52,467 bases of DNA from Candidatus Latescibacterota bacterium (GTDB lineage: Bacteria; Latescibacterota; UBA2968; UBA8231): NCBI GenBank assembly GCA_029941315.1, contig JAPYQE010000004.1:143-52609 (forward strand). Direction: 5' to 3'. A model generated the notes under the pieces. The model was not told the origin of the DNA. It ran no database searches and saw nothing but the letters and a program-made list of their open reading frames with translations. Both the position numbers and the translations under genes were made by a program. The first letter of the stretch is position 1. Each line of letters starts with the position of its first letter. Below are positions 19,177 to 28,519 of the stretch, piece by piece.

Positions 19177-20017
19177 ATGTCTAATTCAATATCCCAAACT
19201 AAATCCGAGTCCGAGATCCGGCGCGAAGCCAGCGAGTTGTTTAAGGCCCGCATCTGCTTGTGAACGCATCCGCAAGTCCGCGCCGCGCTTTGCCAAGGTT
19301 ACCGCCGCGGCGATTCTCGCTTCGAGCAGTGTGGTCGACACGCTGGAAACGGTGTCTCGTGAGCGCGGTTTCGCCAGTTGGCACGCAGTGCAAGAAGCCG
19401 GGCGAGTCGAGTCTGGAGCATTTAAAGAAGCAGGCCAAGAAGCTGCTCAAGGCGCACCAGGCCGGCAATGCGGAAGCGGTCTCGAGCGGATCGTCGCGCA
19501 AGGCAGCAGTGGCGGCGAATTCACGCTTAACGACGCGCAGTTCGTGGTGGCGCGTGAATAGGACATCGATAGCTGGCCGAAATTGGTGGCAGGTTTTGCG
19601 ACGGATGACGATAGCACGACCTTTAGTCACTATCAGCGCGATGCCGTGAACAGATGCACGGAACTTGCAGTCCGCCATTGCTCGTTTTTAATGTCATTTG
19701 ACGCTGTACGCCGCGATACCGCCGTTATTGGCGACTAGGTCGAGGTCCATTTTGTGTGGCACCACGATATCGTAGGAGACCGACTAGGAATCGCGGCGTG
19801 GCCCCGTCGCCTTGATTGCGCCGTCCGTTGCTATACGGATCTCCCGCGCGATCTCTCTGGTCCGGTTTTCGTCGGTGTCGACCCGCACTTTGGCGCGGAC
19901 GCGAATATAGTGTGGCCCCAGTCTTCGACGTGGATGCCTCTGGACCTCGCGTCGACGACGAGTTCGTCTTTGGACGTCAGTGTGAATTTTCGCGTCTGGC
20001 AGACATCGGCTAAGTAG
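19177..20017 (+). pseudogene. Pseudogene with two tandem helical 'LKKQAK...AREYGF.SW' domains and an unknown C-terminal domain
   Basis: EIRREASELFKA...VSRERGFASW, then SLEHLKKQAKKLLKA...AQFVVARE*DIDSWPKL; three frameshifts and in-frame TAGs at 19559 and 19736. Confidence 0.72.
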
Positions 20018-20089
20018 AATCAGGGAATATGGCCTGCAGTTAGGATAGATTCGGGGAATGGTTATTTTGCCTTATAAAGGGGGGTGGTT

Positions 20090-21214
20090 ATGAAAATCGT
20101 CGAAATTAGTTCGGTATTGTTGCAGCCGATGCCTTGGGTGTTGGTAAAGGTGAAGACGGATGATGGAATTGTGGGGATTGGGGAGGCGTATCATGGGGCG
20201 GGCGTGCATCAGATTGCGGTAGATGAGCGGTTGACCAAGACACTCATCGGGAAAAACCCGCTCGATGTCGACCGCTGTTTTCGCGATATGATGAAGGGCA
20301 TGTCGGCGTCGGGCTATTATCAGGGGGCGGTGATGAGCGCAATCAGCGGGATCGAGATGGCGTTGTGGGATATCGCCGGGCAGGCGGTGGGGGTGCCTAT
20401 TTGGCAATTGTTGGGCGGGCGTTTTCGCGATAAAGTTCGCGTGTACAATGATTGCCATGCCGGTAAGGACGAGACGCCGGCGGCTTATGCGGCAAAGGCC
20501 AAGGAGGTCGAGGCGCGGGGTTTTACGGCGATCAAATTTGACATAGATCCCCTGCCTTCGCGGCGCGACGCGTATAATCGCTGTATCAGCAACGACGATA
20601 TCGCGCACTATGTCGCGGTGGTCACCGCGGTGCGCGAGGCCTTGGACTCGAACACGGATTTGGCCATTGATGCGCATTGGGCCTATGCGCCGGTCGACAT
20701 TCTCAAAGTCGCGCATGCGTTCGAAGATTTGGGTCTGTTGTGGTTGGAGGACCCGATTCCGGCGGAAAATGTCGAGGCGATGGCGATGGTCAAAAACAGC
20801 ACCAAAACGCCGATCTGCACGGGGGAAAACTTTTATACGCGCTTTGGCTTTCGCGAACTGATCCAGTCGCAGGCGGCCGATATCGTCTCGCCGGATATGG
20901 CCAAGGCGGGCGGGCTGTTGGAGGGGCGGCGGATCGCGGATTTCGCGGATATGTACTATATGCCTTTGGCGCCGCACAATATCTGCGGGCCGATCGGCAC
21001 TTTTGCGATGACGCATGTCTGCGCGGCAGTGCCCAATTTTCTCGCGTTGGAGTTTCATCACTTGGACAATGCGCTTTGGTCGGATTTGGTAAAAGAAGGG
21101 CCGTTGATTGTCGATGGGCATATTGCGACGGGGGAGAAGCCTGGTTTGGGAGTGACGCTGGACGAGGGGGTGGCGAAGGCGGCGGCGAAGGAGGATTTGG
21201 GCTTTTTTTCGTGA
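20090..21214 (+). CDS. Mandelate racemase/muconate lactonizing enzyme family acid-sugar dehydratase
   Basis: GIGE, AISGIEMALWDI.G, LLGG, KFD, metal ligands D/E/E (AIDAH, LEDP, GEN), APHN, PGLG. Confidence 0.9.
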   Translation: MKIVEISSVLLQPMPWVLVKVKTDDGIVGIGEAYHGAGVHQIAVDERLTKTLIGKNPLDVDRCFRDMMKGMSASGYYQGAVMSAISGIEMALWDIAGQAVGVPIWQLLGGRFRDKVRVYNDCHAGKDETPAAYAAKAKEVEARGFTAIKFDIDPLPSRRDAYNRCISNDDIAHYVAVVTAVREALDSNTDLAIDAHWAYAPVDILKVAHAFEDLGLLWLEDPIPAENVEAMAMVKNSTKTPICTGENFYTRFGFRELIQSQAADIVSPDMAKAGGLLEGRRIADFADMYYMPLAPHNICGPIGTFAMTHVCAAVPNFLALEFHHLDNALWSDLVKEGPLIVDGHIATGEKPGLGVTLDEGVAKAAAKEDLGFFS

Positions 21215-21332
21215 AGGGGCAGTGGAGGTGGTGGAGTGATAAGTTTATAAAATCCATGGAAAGGTTTTTTATGGTTACAATCATCATCTTTTTAGCTAAA
21301 TACACAGTTCACTATCCATAGAAGGATCCACC

Positions 21333-23330
21333 TTGTCATCACCGCTGGCTCTACCCGAAAACTACGACGTCCAGGCACATATGCCCGCCCACCAGGTGCA
21401 CGGGCGCGTTTTTCACGCTACCATACCCGCGGTCCAACTGGCCTCTGAGCTGATGGCCAACGGCACACCCGCCGGCATCGCCGAAGCCGCCGATATTTTC
21501 CGTGCGGTACTCACCTGCCAGGAAGTGCGCGAGACCGATCCACACCTCGGCAATTTTCGCTGGGAGTTGGAAGACGAAGTCGTCGAAGATCTCAACGCCG
21601 TGCAGTTCGTGCTCTTTTATTGCATTCCCGTGCTGTGCAAAACACCGGACGCACTGCCCCCGGACTTGCTTGCGGCCATGCGCCGCGCCATTGCACTGGG
21701 TTTGCAGGAAATCGCGCGCATTGACGTGGCCCCGACTTATACCAACATCGTAATTAAGGATATCGTTAACTCTTGCCTCGGCGGCCAGTTGTTGAACGAC
21801 GAGACCACAGCTCGACGTGGTCGGGAAAAACTGGTGCGCTGGATGGCGCACGTCGACACCTACGGCTTGCCTGCCGAATACAATAGTCCCAACTACGCCT
21901 CCGTCGCCGTGCGCGTGCTGGGCCGCCTGGTCGAATTGACCGAGGACGAACATACCCGTATCCGCGCCCGCACCATGCTCGCTCGCCTCGGCCTTTCCGC
22001 CGCGCTGCACATACACCCCGGTACTGGCAATTGGGCAGGTCCTTTCAGTCGCGCCTATAGCCATGCCGTTTTTAATGCCGATGCTTTTAATGTTGACAAT
22101 GTGCGTGCGTGGCTGGACGACGGACAATTGCCCGCCTGGATCGGCGACCTGTTACAGCGCCCTGACGTGCCGGAGCAAATAGACGAAACGGCCCATGGCG
22201 AAGAGCCGGTGGCGCTGAGCACCTATCACAGCCCCTCTTTCAGTTTGGGCGTGGCTTCCTGCGAGCTGAAGACCCAGGAAGTAATTTTCATTGCCTTGCA
22301 GTCCTGTGTATTCCACGCGCAGTATCGACGCCCGGACAGCGCGCGCAGTGGTGTGCTCTTTTCGCGCTATATACTCGACGATCAGTGGCTCAGTTTCCAG
22401 ACGACGCCGTCGCGCGAGCCGGGCCAGGTCGTTCCCGAAGAAGGGCACTTCTATGGCGTGCACGAGCGGGGGCGCGCCATTGGCCTCTACGCACCGCGTG
22501 GTCTCGACGCCTGGACGCGGCGCACGAGCGCTAAGGCCGTAATGGTGTGGGCCGAGATTGAGCAGGTCGATGAGATATGGATCGGCCAACATAAAGTAGA
22601 CGTGCTGCCGGCTGAGGTGTCTCGGGGCGAGGTGGTCGTCGTCGGTAGCGGTGGTTTGTGGACGGCGGTCTTGCCATTGGAACTGACGGACCTGGGTGGC
22701 GGCGCTCCCATTCGCCTGGTCGAACTGGACGGTCATCTGGCCTTGGAGATGTACAATTATACGGGACCGGCGAAAACCTTCTGGGAAATGGCCAAACCCG
22801 GCTCTTTTTATCAGGGGCAGCCGCGCTGCGGTTTCTACTGCGAATTGGCCGAGCGTACCGACCATGCCAGCGCTGCCGATTTTGCCGCTAAGGTAGCGAC
22901 CGGCACGCTCGTTGACGAGGCGGTTCCGCCGGCCACCTATGTCGCGGGCGGCGAGCGCGCATTGCGTGTAGAATACGTGCGCGACGACCGCGTGCTCGGC
23001 ATCGAGGTCGATCTGTTCGAGTGGTCGTTAAAGCGGCGCTGGACCCAGGACGGCCCGTTAAGCTGGCCGATGCACGAGTCGCCCTATGCTCGGCAGAGCG
23101 CTTCTGGGCAAGTCGCGATCGGTGGTGCGACGCTCACCTGCGACAAGGGACCGATATGGCTTTGCGCTTGTCCGGGGGGCAAAAGGTATATTGCCGCCTA
23201 CAGCGGGCCGGAGATGACCTCGCTCAGGTTGCAAGTGCCTGGTGATGTCGTCGAGTTGGCTGAGATGGGCGCGGGTCTTGTGGTTTGGGACGAGGGTGAG
23301 GTGACGGTAGAAGCGATACGGCCTTCTTGA
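21333..23330 (+). CDS. Hypothetical protein (helical N-terminal and beta-rich C-terminal halves; possibly lyase/hydrolase-like)
   Basis: 665-aa ORF with AGGA SD; YTNI, EYNSPNY and AGPFSRAY motifs; family not firmly recognised. Confidence 0.7.
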   Translation: MSSPLALPENYDVQAHMPAHQVHGRVFHATIPAVQLASELMANGTPAGIAEAADIFRAVLTCQEVRETDPHLGNFRWELEDEVVEDLNAVQFVLFYCIPVLCKTPDALPPDLLAAMRRAIALGLQEIARIDVAPTYTNIVIKDIVNSCLGGQLLNDETTARRGREKLVRWMAHVDTYGLPAEYNSPNYASVAVRVLGRLVELTEDEHTRIRARTMLARLGLSAALHIHPGTGNWAGPFSRAYSHAVFNADAFNVDNVRAWLDDGQLPAWIGDLLQRPDVPEQIDETAHGEEPVALSTYHSPSFSLGVASCELKTQEVIFIALQSCVFHAQYRRPDSARSGVLFSRYILDDQWLSFQTTPSREPGQVVPEEGHFYGVHERGRAIGLYAPRGLDAWTRRTSAKAVMVWAEIEQVDEIWIGQHKVDVLPAEVSRGEVVVVGSGGLWTAVLPLELTDLGGGAPIRLVELDGHLALEMYNYTGPAKTFWEMAKPGSFYQGQPRCGFYCELAERTDHASAADFAAKVATGTLVDEAVPPATYVAGGERALRVEYVRDDRVLGIEVDLFEWSLKRRWTQDGPLSWPMHESPYARQSASGQVAIGGATLTCDKGPIWLCACPGGKRYIAAYSGPEMTSLRLQVPGDVVELAEMGAGLVVWDEGEVTVEAIRPS

Positions 23331-23401
23331 TCGGGTGCGGCTTTTGAGCGTCGATGGGCATCCCCCAGCTTGCCGATGTTATCTTGATAGCCTGGTGATC
23401 A

Positions 23402-23608
23402 ATGGGACTGCAGTTAGAGCCCAATTTCGATATGGCGGAGTGTTTCGCGCCGGAAAAGAATAGCTGCCCATTGGTACCGGGATGTTTGTTGAGCACGGCG
23501 CTTGACGGGGCGAAGGCGGCATTTTTGGCGGAGTTGGATCGCTATAGCGTTGAAGATTTGATCGCGACAAAGCGCGATGGCTTATTGGCAATAGGAGCGG
23601 CGGCATGA
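23402..23608 (+). pseudogene. Rrf2/NsrR-type regulator, C-terminal half only
   Basis: LEPNFDMAECF....NSCPL...CLL..AL..A..AFL.ELD.YS..DL (three Fe-S Cys); wHTH absent; in-frame TGA at 23396. Confidence 0.8.
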
Positions 23609-24045
23609 AACAGGTGCAGATCGGCGACGAAGAAATTAGGCGGATGGTGACGACATTTTATACCACTGTGCGGCAAGACGATTTGCTCGGGCACATTTTT
23701 GAGCATCGCTTTCAGGGGCAATGGGCGCCGCATTTGGATCGCATGTGCGACTTTTGGTCCGGGGTGCTAAATGCGTCGGGCCGCTATCACGGCAATCCAC
23801 AGCAGGCGCATGCGGGGCTGATGGTCGGCGCCGAACATTTCGACCGATGGCTAACGCTATTTGCCAAGACGCTAGGTGAGTTATTCGATGCGGAGACCGC
23901 AGCTTTGATCTACGAGCGAGCGAACAGGATGCGCAGCGTATTAGAATCAGTGGTCCTAGGCGGTCCGGCGACGGGATTGATCTTCAGCCCCGCAGCCTCA
24001 CCCACTGACCTACTTAGTCGCGGACAACAGCCAAAGAACGAGTAG
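23605..24045 (+). CDS. Group III truncated hemoglobin
   Basis: V.TFY..VR.DD.LG.IF, W..HL..M.DFW, Y.GNP...H, F.RWL.LF; ATGA overlap with Rrf2 remnant. Confidence 0.88.
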   Translation: MKQVQIGDEEIRRMVTTFYTTVRQDDLLGHIFEHRFQGQWAPHLDRMCDFWSGVLNASGRYHGNPQQAHAGLMVGAEHFDRWLTLFAKTLGELFDAETAALIYERANRMRSVLESVVLGGPATGLIFSPAASPTDLLSRGQQPKNE

Positions 24046-25756
24046 TCCGCCGCCCGTCGGTTTCGAGCAGCAGATGGTAGACACCGGTGCCGACGAGCTT
24101 GCCCGAGAGGTTGCGACCATCCCAGGTGGCGGCGTGGCCTTCGCGCGCGGCGCGAGTGCCGAGGTCTTGTTGCCAGACCAAATCCCCGGTGGTCGAGAAG
24201 ATGGAGAGGCGGGTCTCGGCGCTTGGCGAAACGAGGTCGAAGACTAGCCGGGTCTGTTGGTGTTCGTTGGGATGGAAGGGGTTGGGATAGTTGGGGCGCA
24301 ACGCGGTGGCGACCGCCGGGGGTGCGTCGGTTAAATCTGGATCGAATTCCACTTCATATAAGTAATCGTAGGCGAAGCCCGAGTTTTCGGCGGAGGAGAT
24401 GACGAGCACGACCTCGTCGTATTGGTCCCAGCCGACGACGCGGACGGTCGGGTCTTGAACCGGGCGGACCTCGACGCTGTCGGGGCCGATGAGCAGCAGG
24501 CTGCGGCTGAAGTCGCCGCGGCGGGCGTCAAAGGTTATGGTGACACCGCCGGAGCGCAGTTGCGGTTCGAGGCGCAAGTAATCGCTGCCGGTGGCGTCGA
24601 GGTCGCTGGAGTCGCGCACGGCGAGGTTTTCGCTGAGCGTGATGTCGCGAGTCGGCACGGTCGAGTATTTGAAGCCTTCGGCGTAGAAGCCCTCTTGATA
24701 ACGGGGGCCGGTGAAATAGTTCCAGATGCCAAATTGGCCAATGGCTACGCCCAAACCGCCGGGCTCGACCTGGCGGATGGCCTGGTCGAAGTGTTCAAGG
24801 CGCGCGCTGCTGCGCCGGGCCAACTCTTGCCAGATCAGCAGGTTGACCTCGCGGCCATAGCGCTGGTCGAGGAAGTGCGAGAAGATCGAGGTGCCGTAGA
24901 TGTGAAAACCGCCGAGGCGACTGCCGGAGTTGAGGGCGCGGTGCGGGACATCGAGGAAGCTAGGCAGATATTGCAGATAGTCGTCGACGTGCGGGTAGGC
25001 GACGTCCTCCATCCAGGTCGAGGTCGATTCCTGCCACCAGATGCCGTCATTGCCCTGGTAGTAGCCGAATTGTATCGCATGGTGGAACTCGTGCGCGATG
25101 GTCACGCGCAGCGCGTCATTGCCCTTGGTCTGTTGGTAAATCGGGTTGGTGTAGTCGTTGTCGAGTTCGAGATAGCTATAAGTGGTGTTGCCGCTTTCTT
25201 CGGGATAGGTGAAGCCGTAGGCGGCGCCGCGTCCAAGGTCGCTAAAGTAGACGTCGTATTCGTCGCCACTGAGGCCATTGTCGGAAGGGGGTGCGTTATA
25301 ACCCAATTCGTCGATCTCGAGGATCCAGGTGCTGTCGAGGATCACGGCGGCCAGGTCGATATAGTCGGAGACGCCGTTGCCGTCGAGGTCCTCGGTCGGC
25401 ACGGCTTCGGAGCCTTCAGTGTCGTAGTGCAGCAAGAAACAGCCGGAGGGCGAGAGCGTTTCCTGCTGTTTGTTGGGGCGGCGTTGCACGAGTTTGCTGA
25501 GCCGTCGTTGGTCGTCTACGCCGAGCTGCGCTATGGCGTTTACGGCTTGCACCAGTTGTGGGGTGCCGCACAGGGCGCGAGTATGCGTTTGGCGATAGGC
25601 GGTGGGTAGGGCGTCGGGGGCGCGCAGGCTCTGGACTTGATAGATTAAGGCCGTTGCGAGGTCGAGTTCGCCGGATTCGTAGGCGGTTTCTATCGAGGTT
25701 TTGGCTTGCAGCGGCAGGACGAGAAAAAGAAATGCGGCTAGGCTTTTGGCTATCAT
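24014..25756 (-). CDS. Secreted zinc metalloprotease (MXAN_6640-like) with C-terminal FlgD-Ig/sorting domain
   Basis: Signal peptide, CGT propeptide, AHEFHHAIQ (HExxH), WW.E...WME, NYPNPF...WDG.N..G..V.TGVY tail. Confidence 0.8.
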   Translation of the reverse strand: MIAKSLAAFLFLVLPLQAKTSIETAYESGELDLATALIYQVQSLRAPDALPTAYRQTHTRALCGTPQLVQAVNAIAQLGVDDQRRLSKLVQRRPNKQQETLSPSGCFLLHYDTEGSEAVPTEDLDGNGVSDYIDLAAVILDSTWILEIDELGYNAPPSDNGLSGDEYDVYFSDLGRGAAYGFTYPEESGNTTYSYLELDNDYTNPIYQQTKGNDALRVTIAHEFHHAIQFGYYQGNDGIWWQESTSTWMEDVAYPHVDDYLQYLPSFLDVPHRALNSGSRLGGFHIYGTSIFSHFLDQRYGREVNLLIWQELARRSSARLEHFDQAIRQVEPGGLGVAIGQFGIWNYFTGPRYQEGFYAEGFKYSTVPTRDITLSENLAVRDSSDLDATGSDYLRLEPQLRSGGVTITFDARRGDFSRSLLLIGPDSVEVRPVQDPTVRVVGWDQYDEVVLVISSAENSGFAYDYLYEVEFDPDLTDAPPAVATALRPNYPNPFHPNEHQQTRLVFDLVSPSAETRLSIFSTTGDLVWQQDLGTRAAREGHAATWDGRNLSGKLVGTGVYHLLLETDGRRTTRSLAVVRD

Positions 25757-25864
25757 AGATCGCTTTGCATTAAGTAGTGGATAGTTAAACAATAATAATG
25801 GCGAAGGTGATCTGGCGCCAAAGCCTTTTAAAACTACGTACGCTCTATTCGATCAGTTCAAAAC

Positions 25865-26257
25865 TCAGCGTGCGCTCGCCGACCCGGCGGTCGAAGGCCA
25901 GCGCCGTGCGCACGTCTGCCTGAAAGACGACGACGATCTCGCGTTGACCGTGGCCGTGTCTTCGCCTAGCAGCCCGAGCACCATGTCTTTGGGATGGTAG
26001 CGGTCGTACATGACCATGTTGTTATGGGGGCCGCCGGTATTGCCGAAGTCGCTACCCTCGTCGTCAAAATTGATGCCCAAGACGGCTTCGCCGCGCAAAT
26101 TCCAGACGCTGTCGGTTGCTGCGTCGCGGAAGGTCAGCAGCGAGAAGTCGGCGCTTTTGTCGGTTGCGGCCGGGGCACTCGGGCGGAAGATGGGCTCTTT
26201 TTTGCTCCTGCAGGCCGATACGAGCAACGCTGCATACAGGCATATGATGCGGTACAT
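25865..26257 (-). pseudogene. DUF3179-like lipoprotein remnant collapsed by internal deletions
   Basis: Lipobox LVSAC; motifs FRD..T.SVWNL.GEAV, FGNTG..NNMVMYDR and PKDMVLG abut one another. Confidence 0.6.
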
Positions 26258-26354
26258 GGCCTACCTCCGTATGGCCTGAAATCAGCAGCGGCGTTGCTGT
26301 GCCTCAGTGAAGTATTTACATTGCCTGCGTCATAAAATCCAACTGGAGATACTC

Positions 26355-27341
26355 ATGGACCTGACTAAAAGACCCCGGCGTCTGCGCCGCTCGGAAGCTA
26401 TGCGCAGCCTGGTGCGCGAGACGAGCGTGCGCGTCGATGACCTGATCTATCCGATGTTTGTTACCGAAGGCCAAAAGACGCGCGAGCCGATCGACTCAAT
26501 GCCCGGGCAATTTCGTTTTAGCGTCGATGAACTGGTGGCCGAATGCCAGGAGCTCAGGGATTTGGGTATCCCGGCGGTTAATCTCTTCGGTTATTCGACC
26601 GAGAAAGACGATATGGCGAGTAAATCCTACGATCCGGAGGGGCTGATCCAGCGGGCAGTGCGCGGCATTAAGGCGCAGGTGCCCGAGCTTTGCGTGCAAA
26701 CCGATATCGCGCTCGATCCTTATACTAACCACGGCCACGACGGATTGGTCGTCGATGATGAGATTATAAACGACGAAACGGTAGAGGTTTTATGCAAGAT
26801 GGCGCTGTCGCACGCCGAAGCCGGGGTCGATTGGGTGGCGCCATCGGATATGATGGACGGTCGAGTGGGCGGTATTCGCCAGGCGCTGGACGCAGAGGGG
26901 CATACCAATGTCGGCATTTTGGCCTATTCGGCTAAGTATGCCTCGTGTTTTTACGGGCCGTTTCGCGGCGCGTTAGACTCGGCGCCGAAGAAGGGCGACA
27001 AGAAGACCTATCAGATGGACCCCGCCAATGGTCGCGAGGCGCTGGTGGAGATCGCGCTCGATATCGAGCAAGGCGCTGACGTGGTGATGGTCAAACCGGC
27101 GTTGGCCTACTTGGATGTGATCGCGGCGGCGCGCGCGGCTTTTGATGTGCCGATCGCCGCGTATAATGTCTCGGGAGAATTTGGCATGATTACGGCGGCG
27201 GCGGAGCGGGGGTGGGTCGATCGAGAGAAGGCGATTATGGAGATGTTGACTTCTATTAAGCGGGCGGGAGCGGATATGATTTTGACGTATTTTGCCAAAG
27301 AGGTGGCGGGGATATTGATGAAAACGAGGCCAAGGAATTAG
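26355..27341 (+). CDS. hemB: Porphobilinogen synthase (ALA dehydratase)
   Basis: [54 protein letters not shown]; GGAG SD. Confidence 0.96.
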   Translation: MDLTKRPRRLRRSEAMRSLVRETSVRVDDLIYPMFVTEGQKTREPIDSMPGQFRFSVDELVAECQELRDLGIPAVNLFGYSTEKDDMASKSYDPEGLIQRAVRGIKAQVPELCVQTDIALDPYTNHGHDGLVVDDEIINDETVEVLCKMALSHAEAGVDWVAPSDMMDGRVGGIRQALDAEGHTNVGILAYSAKYASCFYGPFRGALDSAPKKGDKKTYQMDPANGREALVEIALDIEQGADVVMVKPALAYLDVIAAARAAFDVPIAAYNVSGEFGMITAAAERGWVDREKAIMEMLTSIKRAGADMILTYFAKEVAGILMKTRPRN

Positions 27342-27384
27342 CTGCAATTTGGATGGATGAGAAATTTTTTGACACAGAAAGAAA

Positions 27385-27425
27385 AACGTGCCACCGGCTG
27401 AAAAGTTGGTGGCACGTTCTTTCTT
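27385..27425. terminator. Bidirectional intrinsic terminator between convergent hemB and MetE-like gene
   Basis: AACGTGCCACC / GGTGGCACGTT 11-bp stem flanked by A-rich and T-rich tracts. Confidence 0.8.
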
Positions 27426-27436
27426 ATTTGTAGGAT

Positions 27437-28450
27437 CTAAAGCCCCAAGTACAGATCCCGCCCCTTGGCTAATGCCTCGATCTTGCGGTCGGCGATCGAG
27501 CGTTTGAGCATCCAGAAACCGCAGTCGGGATGGATATACTGGATGCGATCGGGACCGGCGGCGTTGACTGCGGCTGCGATAGAGCGGGCGATCTCTTCGG
27601 GGGTTTCGATGTGGTTGACCTTGATGTCGACGACGCCGATGCCGATGCCGATGCGCGGGTCTATTTCTTTTAGCACGTCGAGGTCGCTTACCGGGCGGTG
27701 CGCCAATTCCAATACCAAATGATCGGTGTGTAATTCATTGAGAAAAGCCAATAGCGCTTTCCACTCGCCCTGCTGGATGGTTTGGCCGCCGTAGTTGCCG
27801 AAGCAGAAGTGCACGGCGGTCTTGGTGCCCTCGTCGGCTTGGTCGAGCACGGCGTTGATCGCGCGGGCGGCGAGGGGGCCGTCGGCGGGGTTGCCGGGGA
27901 TATTGGCCTCGTCTATCTGGAGGCAGTCGCAGGGCAGGCCGCGCACTTGCTCGGCGAGGACCTGGGCGACACCCATCAATAGCGCCTCGAAATCGCCGTA
28001 ATGGTGGTCGAGTAGGGTGCGAGCCAGCATATAAGGGCTGGTCAGCGTGAACTTGAACGGACCGCCGGCGACGGCACCGGCGCGGGCGCAGTCAGAGAGT
28101 AGGTCGAGGCTACCCTCAGAAAGCTCGCTGTCGACCACTGCAGCGGGTTTGGCACGGAAACCCATGCTCTGCTTGGCGGCGAACTCCTCGGTCTCGCTGC
28201 GGCCGAAATCGGCGCGGGTCCCGCCCATCGGCCGGACGAAGTATTCGATCATACCATTGGTGTCGGGGTGGTTGGTGTCGAAACGGTAGAGTTCGCCGTC
28301 GGTGGGTAAGTCGATACCGGCCTGGCGCTGCGTGTCGAAGACGACGCGGGTGGCGTCGATAACGCCCTGTTCAGAAGGCAGAGCTTGCAGCCATTCAGGT
28401 ACGGGATAGGAGCCGACGGTGGTGGTCTGGATGGCAGGAGTGTTGGGCAT
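27437..28450 (-). CDS. Cobalamin-independent methionine synthase II-like protein (second paralog)
   Basis: TTVGSYP, TDGE, QIDE, HFC...E...PDCG, GVVDIK. Confidence 0.88.
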   Translation of the reverse strand: MPNTPAIQTTTVGSYPVPEWLQALPSEQGVIDATRVVFDTQRQAGIDLPTDGELYRFDTNHPDTNGMIEYFVRPMGGTRADFGRSETEEFAAKQSMGFRAKPAAVVDSELSEGSLDLLSDCARAGAVAGGPFKFTLTSPYMLARTLLDHHYGDFEALLMGVAQVLAEQVRGLPCDCLQIDEANIPGNPADGPLAARAINAVLDQADEGTKTAVHFCFGNYGGQTIQQGEWKALLAFLNELHTDHLVLELAHRPVSDLDVLKEIDPRIGIGIGVVDIKVNHIETPEEIARSIAAAVNAAGPDRIQYIHPDCGFWMLKRSIADRKIEALAKGRDLYLGL

Positions 28451-28519
28451 GATTTTCCTCGGGTAGATATTGAAAGAACGGGAATATCAAATAAAGTTTT
28501 TGTGCCGCCGGCGCAATAT

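Noticed and set aside
19559-19738. Two in-frame TAGs as possible amber recoding
   Set aside because: The same gene also has frameshifts, and TAG terminates intact genes elsewhere in the window (for example topB and hemB).
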